Positions 35,785 through 42,656 of a stretch of DNA of 42,656 bases are shown piece by piece. The stretch lies in assembly GCA_964606905.1 (NCBI GenBank), contig CAZSIA010000001.1, forward strand, positions 1-42,656, in the 5' to 3' direction. The translations under genes were made by a program, and so were the position numbers. Origin of the DNA: an uncultured Anaeroplasmataceae bacterium. Its GTDB lineage: Bacteria; Bacillota_I; Bacilli_A; Acholeplasmatales; Anaeroplasmataceae. How positions within the stretch are numbered: position 1 is the stretch's first letter; the number at the start of each line of letters is the position of its first letter. The notes below the pieces were generated by a model, which saw only the letters and a program-made list of their open reading frames with translations, did no database searches and was not told the origin of the DNA.

Positions 35785-37692
35785 TTATCCCATTATTTTA
35801 TTTGTCAAATAATTATCATTTGAAATCTTAAACTCTTTTATTATTAAAACTTCCTGAATCATTTGTTCATAAGTAATATCACTATAATATTCAAAATCAC
35901 CATTTTTTAAACTATAAAAGAAATCATCAGTAATAATATCCAAACTCTTTGGCTCTATTACAAAAGATTTTTCATCACTAAAGATATTAACACCTAAGAG
36001 ATGATTATAATTATCCAAACTATACAAACTTTTAATCGTTGAAAATAAATCAATTTGACTTAATACTCTATCAAAATCTATATTTAATCCATTTTCGATT
36101 AAATAATTATTTATTTTTCCACTTGGATCATATACAACAACAGGTATTTCTAACAATAATTTTCGATATTCTAAATCAGATAAGCTTAAACCTAATGCCT
36201 CCTCATAACCTTCCTTAGGTAAAGTATTACCATGATCACCATAAATAAGAAAAACAGTATTTTTAAGTTTTTCTTTTCCCATCATCAACAATTCGTATAG
36301 AACTTCATCAATATAATGAATTTGATTTAAATAATTTCTAAATTTATTATCCAAACCACTAAATTCATAATTAGGAAATCTATTATAAAATGGTAATCCA
36401 ACAAAAGGATAATGTGGAGATATTGTTTGAGAAAATATATAAAAATTATTTCCATCATTAAGTATCTGATTAGCCTCAGTAAAACTAAAATTTAACATCG
36501 CCCAATCAGAAACCCAACTTTTATAAAGATATGAATCGCTATATAAATCAATCGGATATAACTTGTTGAAACTTTCAAATCCCTTAAACGAATCAAACTT
36601 ATATAAATTCTCAAAAACATATTTATGAGCATAAAACCCTTCAATAGTTGGATTATATGCCTTTGATATATAATTAGGAAACATTTTTGGCAAACTCTGA
36701 ATATCAAAAAGCTTATCATACGCTTCCCAAACGATTGTTAAATCCCCTAAAGGATAATAACCAGTATTAAACGCAAACTCTGCATCACTTGTATTCCCCA
36801 TTCCAACAACAGTATGCAAATTAGAAAAGTAAAATACATTTTTATCTAAAATAAGTTTATTTAGATTAGGAGTAACAAATACACCTTCGTACTCTAAATC
36901 AATAACAAAATTACCTAAAGACTCAGCTTGAATAACAAACAAATTCATTCCTTCTAAAACACCGATATCATTAGTGTTTTTGTTATAGTTAAATAAATTA
37001 TCATCAGCAATTTTTTTATAATACAATTCATTATAATTCATACCTATTACAAGTTCTGCAAAATAATAATTATAAACTCCACATGTACTAACACCATATA
37101 AAGCATACTCGCTTCTAAAAGGCCAATTTCGCTCTACGTCTATCCTAAAGTAGATAACGCTAGAAAGTGACGATATTAAAGAAATGATTAACAAAATAAA
37201 CAAACTTCTAATTTTAATACCATTTTTACCAACAATTCTTTTTCTAACAATAAAATAAATTAACATTAACAAAACAAAAGGTAAAAATGAAAGAAATTGC
37301 CAACCTGCAAACATTTCCCTTAATCCATCATAAGCGATTTGTTCCGCAAATCCAGCATCAGGATTTCTAAATAAACTCAAATTATAAAAAGATAACATAG
37401 CTTTAAAATTTCTTGTAAAATATCCAATCAAGAATATAAAGAAATTCAAAAGAAAAGTAATAATAATCATATACTTAAATAGGATACGCTCTTTTTTTAA
37501 AAATTGGATACCTATAAGTAACAAAAGTAATAAAATCGCAACATTCCCAATTACCGCAAACAAATAATTAATCAACGGTAATTTAAACGATACAATATTA
37601 GGGTTAAGGTAAGATGATGTAACTAAAAATGTAGTTAACACATTTAAAACAAAATACAAAACAATAAATACTATTTTTACTTTCTTCATCAA
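35785..37692 (-). CDS. ltaS: LTA synthase family protein (polytopic N-domain plus extracellular sulfatase-fold domain)
   Basis: 635 aa with five N-terminal TM helices. The sulfatase-type core has ESLGNF, GNTSDAEF and YGDHG motifs. Confidence 0.8.
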   Translation of the reverse strand: MMKKVKIVFIVLYFVLNVLTTFLVTSSYLNPNIVSFKLPLINYLFAVIGNVAILLLLLLIGIQFLKKERILFKYMIIITFLLNFFIFLIGYFTRNFKAMLSFYNLSLFRNPDAGFAEQIAYDGLREMFAGWQFLSFLPFVLLMLIYFIVRKRIVGKNGIKIRSLFILLIISLISSLSSVIYFRIDVERNWPFRSEYALYGVSTCGVYNYYFAELVIGMNYNELYYKKIADDNLFNYNKNTNDIGVLEGMNLFVIQAESLGNFVIDLEYEGVFVTPNLNKLILDKNVFYFSNLHTVVGMGNTSDAEFAFNTGYYPLGDLTIVWEAYDKLFDIQSLPKMFPNYISKAYNPTIEGFYAHKYVFENLYKFDSFKGFESFNKLYPIDLYSDSYLYKSWVSDWAMLNFSFTEANQILNDGNNFYIFSQTISPHYPFVGLPFYNRFPNYEFSGLDNKFRNYLNQIHYIDEVLYELLMMGKEKLKNTVFLIYGDHGNTLPKEGYEEALGLSLSDLEYRKLLLEIPVVVYDPSGKINNYLIENGLNIDFDRVLSQIDLFSTIKSLYSLDNYNHLLGVNIFSDEKSFVIEPKSLDIITDDFFYSLKNGDFEYYSDITYEQMIQEVLIIKEFKISNDNYLTNKIMG

Positions 37693-37716
37693 TCATTCCC
37701 CTAACCAATTTAAAAC

Positions 37717-39258
37717 CTAAAATAAAGGCCCAAAAATTGATAAGAAGAAACTTAATATTTTCCTTAATGGATTCCTTTTTTTATTAACTTCTAAATCTAC
37801 TTCACTCGACAGAAGTAAAGTATCCTCAAAATCTTTTTTAATATCTTTTACAAGTGGCGTCTTCATTAATAAATTAGCACACTCAAAATGTAAAAACATA
37901 CTTCGATAATCAATATTAACAGTTCCTACAATAGCGTATTCATCATCAATCACTAACGTTTTTGCATGATTAAATCCGCCTTTAAATTTATAAATCTTTC
38001 CACCAGCGTTAAGTATTTCTGTAAAATTATTTTCGGTCATCAAATATACAAGTTTTTTATCAGCAACTTCAGGAACTAAAAAAACGACTTCAACATTTGA
38101 TTTTGCTTGATTAGCTAACGCTTTTAAAAAGACATTATCAATAATAAGATATGGTGTTGAAATATAAATGCTTTTTTTTGCATTTTCAATAAGTTTTATA
38201 TATAAATCATATGCAGGATTTAATTTATTATGTGGTCCATCCCCAAAAGGAAAGATATATCCAGCTAATATTTCAAAACTTTTCAGCGATTTATATTTTT
38301 CAACATCTAATTTAATATCAGTAGTCATGTACCAATTTTTAGCAAATAAAATCAAATAATTATAACAAGCATCTCCTGTTATTTTCATTCCATTATCACG
38401 CCAAAAACCAAAACGCTCTTTTTCATGAATATATTCATCAGCAATATTAATACCACCAACAAAAGCACAATCACCATCAATAAGTAAAATCTTTCGATGA
38501 TCTCGATAATTAATTCCCAAATTTAAAGTGATTCCTGGCGGATTATAGGCAGCAATCTGGCAATTAGGAATATCTTTTAATCTCTTTAAATCTTTCCTAC
38601 TTAAAACTTTAGGTACATTACAACCTACATAATCATAAAGAAACTTGATTTCTACACCACGAAAAGCAGCAAGTTCTAAATGATCAACAAGTTCATCCAA
38701 CATAACGCCACTAGCTACAATAAAATACTCTAAGAAAATATATTTTTCGGCTTTATCAATTTCTTCTAGCATCGCTTTAAACAAGACTCTTCCGTCATTA
38801 TAAAAAGTTTCGCCCTGATTAGTTGAAGGATATAAACCAGTAGTATTGTGCAAAAAAGTAGATAATCTATAGGATAAATTATCTTCTTCTTCAAGCGTGG
38901 TAATTATATCTTTTATTTGTACTTCGTTTTGTAAATATCCAACTATTTTTTTATGTTTTCGCTTTGGCAAATTATTTCCATTACCAAAACATAAATACAA
39001 AATTGGACCTGTACCACTAAATAACAACATAATAATAATCCATAAAATTTTATAAGAAACATTATCATTACTATTATATAAACGGATTACTAAAATAATA
39101 CTTAAAATCCATGATACTAAATAAATATATGGTAGTTGTAAACTACCAACAAATAACCACCAATAAATAATTATTTGCAAAGCTATTAAAATTAAAGCAA
39201 CAACAATACGCAAAACAACTCTTATCGGTGATTGAATAGTTCTTTCATTAATCCCCAC
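37717..39258 (-). CDS. cls: cardiolipin synthase
   Basis: 513 aa, two N-terminal TM helices, and two PLD HKD motifs (HRKILLIDGDCAFVGGINI and HAKTLVIDDEYAIVGTVNI). GTG start preceded by AAAGGGG. Confidence 0.9.
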   Translation of the reverse strand: MGINERTIQSPIRVVLRIVVALILIALQIIIYWWLFVGSLQLPYIYLVSWILSIILVIRLYNSNDNVSYKILWIIIMLLFSGTGPILYLCFGNGNNLPKRKHKKIVGYLQNEVQIKDIITTLEEEDNLSYRLSTFLHNTTGLYPSTNQGETFYNDGRVLFKAMLEEIDKAEKYIFLEYFIVASGVMLDELVDHLELAAFRGVEIKFLYDYVGCNVPKVLSRKDLKRLKDIPNCQIAAYNPPGITLNLGINYRDHRKILLIDGDCAFVGGINIADEYIHEKERFGFWRDNGMKITGDACYNYLILFAKNWYMTTDIKLDVEKYKSLKSFEILAGYIFPFGDGPHNKLNPAYDLYIKLIENAKKSIYISTPYLIIDNVFLKALANQAKSNVEVVFLVPEVADKKLVYLMTENNFTEILNAGGKIYKFKGGFNHAKTLVIDDEYAIVGTVNIDYRSMFLHFECANLLMKTPLVKDIKKDFEDTLLLSSEVDLEVNKKRNPLRKILSFFLSIFGPLF

Positions 39259-39271
39259 AACAATTACCCCT

Positions 39272-39703
39272 TTATAATATTTTTTCTATTTCATCTTCTG
39301 TGTAAACGACAATTCCATTATCCATTAAAAGCTTCGCTGCTACACCATCACCTTCAACAACAATATGTGAAAAAGACCCATCATAAATATAGCCTTTGCC
39401 ACAAGATGGGCTTCTACTTTTTAAAATTGCAATCTTACATCCATTTTCCCTAGCTAAAACTAACGATTTATATGCTCCCCTAGTAAAGGCTTCTGTAACA
39501 TCTTCCCCAATATTGTTCAAAACCTTACTACCAACAATTTCTGATGGGTTTCTTGGTGTAGATAAACCACCAAAAACTTCTGGACAAATCAAAACAAATT
39601 CATACTTTTCCCTAAGTTTAATAATATTTTCATTTATATTCGTTCCACCATTAAATTTATATCCTTCATGAAGAAAACAAGCAGATACTAATATTTTTTC
39701 CAT
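39272..39703 (-). CDS. DUF523 domain protein (thiouracil-desulfurase-like family)
   Basis: 143 aa. Conserved cysteines in SACFLHEGYKFNGG, ICPEV.GGL..PR and SPSCG. Confidence 0.75.
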   Translation of the reverse strand: MEKILVSACFLHEGYKFNGGTNINENIIKLREKYEFVLICPEVFGGLSTPRNPSEIVGSKVLNNIGEDVTEAFTRGAYKSLVLARENGCKIAILKSRSPSCGKGYIYDGSFSHIVVEGDGVAAKLLMDNGIVVYTEDEIEKIL

Positions 39704-39705
39704 AA

Positions 39706-41118
39706 TTACTTTTCTAAAGACTTAACAATATCCCTAGCAACCCAAACACCATTAGCTTCCGCTTGTGCTAAACCTCTAGTTAAGCCAGCCCCATCACCAG
39801 CTACATATAAGCCTTTAATCTTTGTTTCAAATTTATCATTAACTTCTGGACGAGCTGAATAAAATTTAGCTTCCACACCATAAAATAACGTATGATCACT
39901 AGCGATACCTGGAGTTACATGATCTAATGCTTCAATCATTTCAATAATTGATTTCATAGTGTTATATGGTAATACTAAGCCTAAATCACCAGGAACTGCT
40001 TCTTTAAGTGTTGGAATAACAAATCCTTCAGAGATACGTTTTAAACTACTTCTTCTTCCGCGTTTCAAATCACCATATTTTTGAATAATTACACTACCCA
40101 TTGATAATTGATTTGCAAGTCTTGAAACCTCAGATGCATATTCGTTTGGTTTATCAAATGGTTCACTAAACTTATGCGACACTAAAAGCGCAAAGTTTGT
40201 ATTACGAGAACCTAAATTAGGATCTTGATAAGCATGTCCGTTAGCTAACATAATTCCACTATGATTTTCAACAACAACATGCCCACTTGGATTACTACAG
40301 AATGTTCTAACTGTAGTACCTACACTTGATTTATATAAAAACTTGCCTTCATATAAATTGCGATTAATTTCCTCCATGATGATATCATTAGTTTCAACAC
40401 GAACACCAACATCAACTTGATTATTACTCATTCTAATTCCATTTGATGTACAAACATCACTCAACCATTTTGCACCATCACGTCCAACAGCCAACACCAC
40501 TTTATCAGCTAAATATTCATCTGTAGCTGTTTTAATCCCTTTAATCGCATTACCTTCTATAATTACTTCTATAACTTTTGTTTTAAACACCATTGTAATT
40601 TTATCTTCAAGATACTTATAAATCTTTTTAAGAATTTCCAAATTTTGTTCAGTACCTAAATGTCTTACTTTAGCACGTAATAATTTAAGACCGACCGCAA
40701 TCGCACGCTTTTCAATTTGTAAGACCTCTGATGTATCAGGGTCTGTTATTTGCGTTGTAGCTCCAAATTTTAAATTAATATCATCAACATAATGAATTAA
40801 ATCTTCAACTAAATTTGAGTCTAAATAATCAGTCATCCAACCACCAAATTCAGAAGTAATATTAAACTTACCATCTGAATAAGCTCCAGCTCCACCAAAT
40901 CCATCAGTTATAGAACAAGCAGGTTGACAACCACTTACTCCTCTAACAATTGGACATTTAGCAATCTTATGTTCTAAAACAGGACATCTTCTATTAAAAA
41001 TATCATATCCCTTTTCAATTAATAAAACCTTCAAATTAGGATTTTTTTCAACTAATTCGTAAGCACAATAAATCCCTGCAGGACCAGCTCCAACAATAAT
41101 AACGTCAAATTTATTCAT
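39706..41118 (-). CDS. FAD-dependent oxidoreductase (COG2509-like uncharacterised dehydrogenase)
   Basis: Dinucleotide-binding N-terminus FDVIIVGAGPAGIY and C-terminal GLYVAGDGAG. I prefer the ATG at 41118 (SD GGGGGT 8 nt upstream). Confidence 0.8.
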   Translation of the reverse strand: MNKFDVIIVGAGPAGIYCAYELVEKNPNLKVLLIEKGYDIFNRRCPVLEHKIAKCPIVRGVSGCQPACSITDGFGGAGAYSDGKFNITSEFGGWMTDYLDSNLVEDLIHYVDDINLKFGATTQITDPDTSEVLQIEKRAIAVGLKLLRAKVRHLGTEQNLEILKKIYKYLEDKITMVFKTKVIEVIIEGNAIKGIKTATDEYLADKVVLAVGRDGAKWLSDVCTSNGIRMSNNQVDVGVRVETNDIIMEEINRNLYEGKFLYKSSVGTTVRTFCSNPSGHVVVENHSGIMLANGHAYQDPNLGSRNTNFALLVSHKFSEPFDKPNEYASEVSRLANQLSMGSVIIQKYGDLKRGRRSSLKRISEGFVIPTLKEAVPGDLGLVLPYNTMKSIIEMIEALDHVTPGIASDHTLFYGVEAKFYSARPEVNDKFETKIKGLYVAGDGAGLTRGLAQAEANGVWVARDIVKSLEK

Positions 41119-41162
41119 AAAAAATACCCCCATTTATAAATACAATTTTCAAGGACTATTTA

Positions 41163-41191
41163 AGTATATCATTAATAATGACCAAATACAA
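41163..41191 (-). promoter_or_regulatory. candidate promoter of the 11-gene string 41118 to 29589
   Basis: Minus strand reads TTGTAT (41191-41186), a 17-nt spacer, then TATACT (41168-41163). Confidence 0.4.
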
Positions 41192-41261
41192 TAAACGAAA
41201 CTATAAATAATTTTTTACAAAAGTAAAAAAATTAAAACAAATTCTTATAATTTATATGTAT

Positions 41262-41289
41262 AAAAATAAAAAACTGTACAAACAGTTTT
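41262..41289 (-). terminator. rho-independent terminator after spoVT
   Basis: Minus strand reads AAAACTGT-TTGT-ACAGTTTT followed by TATTTTTA, immediately after the stop at 41290. Confidence 0.65.
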
Positions 41290-41811
41290 TTACAATTGAA
41301 TATATTCAGAACAAAAATAATGAATTAAATCAAGTATTTCCTGTTGAATGTTAATTGAATCAAATTCACTAAACAAAATAACAGCACCAAAGAGATCTCC
41401 ATAAGAAATAATAGGTTTAATCAATAAATTTTGGTTTGTCTTATAACTATCTGTAATTAAAACAGCCATGCTTTTATTGATTTGAACCTGTTCTTTTTGA
41501 TTTAATAACTCAATAAATAATTCAGTAATAGGCTCTTCAATATTTATCTCATTTTTCGTAGAAGCAATAACTTTAACTAAATCAGTAACAACAATAGTAA
41601 CGTTATTAATTTTTTTATATGCCTCTAACAAAACAGAAAGGATAACTTCTAAATCATTAAGCGGACTATATTTTTTTAAAATAACATTGTCCTCACTAAC
41701 AAAAATATCTAAATTATCTCCTTCTCTTATTTTGAGCTTCTTACGAATCTCCTTAGGAACAACTATTCTACCTAATTCATCAATTCGTCTTAATATTCCA
41801 GTTTCTTTCAT
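41290..41811 (-). CDS. spoVT: AbrB/SpoVT-type transcriptional regulator (SpoVT-like, swapped-hairpin N-domain plus GAF-like C-domain)
   Basis: MKETGILRRIDELGRIVVPKEIRKKLKIREGDNLDIFV...KKYSP closely parallels B. subtilis SpoVT. It lies directly downstream of mfd, as in Bacillus. The ATG at 41811 has SD GGTGA. Confidence 0.8.
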   Translation of the reverse strand: MKETGILRRIDELGRIVVPKEIRKKLKIREGDNLDIFVSEDNVILKKYSPLNDLEVILSVLLEAYKKINNVTIVVTDLVKVIASTKNEINIEEPITELFIELLNQKEQVQINKSMAVLITDSYKTNQNLLIKPIISYGDLFGAVILFSEFDSINIQQEILDLIHYFCSEYIQL

Positions 41812-41849
41812 AAATATCACCAGTAATATTTTGACGAAAAATAGAAAAA

Positions 41850-42656
41850 TTATACAATTTTAGCTAAATATTCACAAATTAATAATAACCATGTTTTTTT
41901 ATCAGAAGATGTTTTTAAAGTAATAGTTATTTTACGATCATGATAACTTAAAATAAAATTATTACTCAAAGAATATGCAGTTTTATACACATACTCTCCA
42001 TCAACCGCTTGGCTCTTTTCTTCTGATAATGTTAAAACAACTAATTTTGGCTTAATTTCAAGCTTTTCTACACTTGCTTTATTACACAAACTATAGAACA
42101 ATTTTTCATACATATAAATAAGTAAATCTTCATTAAGTGTACCAAAACGGTCAACAAATTCCATCCTCAAATTCTCTAAATCATCAAAAGATTCAATAGC
42201 GGAAATTTTATTATGTAACTCGATTTTTATATCTTCTGTTAAATCATAATCATCAGGAATATATCGATTAGAAATCACTTTACTTCCTAAAGTTGTATTT
42301 TGCTTTTTATTAATCTTTTCACCTTTTAATTCACTTAACGTTTCATCAAGTATTTGCATATACATGTCAATACCAACACTATTAATAAAACCTGATTGCT
42401 CAGGACCTAATAAATCACCAGCTCCACGAATTGATAAATCCCGCATCGCAATCTTAAATCCACTTCCAAGTTCAGTAAATTCTTTAATTGTCTCTAATCT
42501 CTTTTCAGCTTCAACTGTTAATACTTTTCGCGGTTCATACATTAAATATGCATAAGCAATTTTATCACTTCGACCAATTCTACCTCGCACTTGGTAAAGT
42601 TGAGATAATCCTAGTCTATCCGCATCATGAATAATTATTGTATTAGCATTCGGTAT
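41850..42656 (-). CDS. mfd: transcription-repair coupling factor, C-terminal part (gene continues beyond the right edge)
   Basis: The frame is open to the window end. It reads ...NTIIIHDADRLGLSQLYQVRGRIGRSDKIAYAYLMY (helicase motif VI QxRGRxGR) followed by the TRG and C-terminal D7 domain. Confidence 0.9.
   Translation of the reverse strand: MPNANTIIIHDADRLGLSQLYQVRGRIGRSDKIAYAYLMYEPRKVLTVEAEKRLETIKEFTELGSGFKIAMRDLSIRGAGDLLGPEQSGFINSVGIDMYMQILDETLSELKGEKINKKQNTTLGSKVISNRYIPDDYDLTEDIKIELHNKISAIESFDDLENLRMEFVDRFGTLNEDLLIYMYEKLFYSLCNKASVEKLEIKPKLVVLTLSEEKSQAVDGEYVYKTAYSLSNNFILSYHDRKITITLKTSSDKKTWLLLICEYLAKIV

Noticed and set aside
900-42555. Short ORFs in the track lying antisense to or out of frame within longer genes: 900-1088, 2342-2539, 5519-5731, 6628-6837, 8726-8947, 9917-10189, 10383-10631, 12658-12861, 13942-14127, 22248-22451, 22431-22646, 24250-24462, 24667-24849, 36492-36719, 38168-38359, 39232-39453, 39396-39671, 42364-42555.
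   Set aside because: Each is fully embedded in a longer ORF with clear family signatures. Their translations are low-complexity (I/K/N/F-rich or S/P-rich), as expected for shadow frames in AT-rich DNA, and none has a convincing SD.
1-42656. CRISPR arrays, long tandem or direct repeats, toxin-antitoxin pairs, restriction-modification genes and other defence genes.
   Set aside because: Reading through the intergenic regions, I saw no regularly spaced repeats and no ORFs with recognisable defence-system signatures. A computational repeat search would be needed for certainty.

Overview
Chromosomal window from a very AT-rich low-GC Gram-positive genome (Bacillota, with an Erysipelotrichia/Mollicutes-related look). 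The organism appears walled, since murA, uppP and ltaS are present. It uses the standard code: TGA acts as a stop in the ATGA overlap at 5900-5903. All family calls come from motif recognition by eye; no database search was run.

About 90% of the window is coding, nearly all on the minus strand, and most of it is housekeeping.
- Left edge: a strong promoter plus rRNA-type leader points leftwards out of the window, preceded by tRNA-Tyr.
- 386-3918: MscS channel, DUF951, rsmG, mnmG.
- 5223-6997: an OmpR/histidine-kinase pair.
- 7031-11957: a cupin-HTH regulator followed by potABCD, where PotA carries a ~168-aa coiled-coil insert.
- 12141-15456: cvpA, a minimal ~100-nt SRP RNA, tadA, tdk, rpmE, asd.
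- 16121-19525: mgsA, a membrane-anchored Ig-like/metallo-beta-lactamase pair, murA.
- 19628-21007: an aspartase/fumarase-family gene whose catalytic SS-loop is replaced.
- 21039-24506: a second two-component module bracketed by paralogous small 2-TM proteins.
- 24600-29477: degV, yebC, ygiQ.
- 29589-41118: an 11-gene head-to-tail string (FAD oxidoreductase, DUF523, cls, ltaS, uppP, AspC-type aminotransferase, fhs, an unknown 530-aa HprK-like P-loop protein, folD).
- Right edge: spoVT and the 3' part of mfd.

The only accessory-looking DNA is the 770-bp gap at 25431-26204. It holds two decayed mobile-element ORF fragments on the plus strand. On the minus strand it holds a GC-rich, GNRA-rich island that looks like the 5' part of a group IIC intron, sitting directly behind the yebC terminator.

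I saw no CRISPR array, no recognisable defence system and no intact transposase. The most interesting candidates are the HprK-like protein inside the one-carbon operon, the catalytically degenerate aspartase homologue, the intron-like RNA remnant, and the two-component module with duplicated small membrane proteins.
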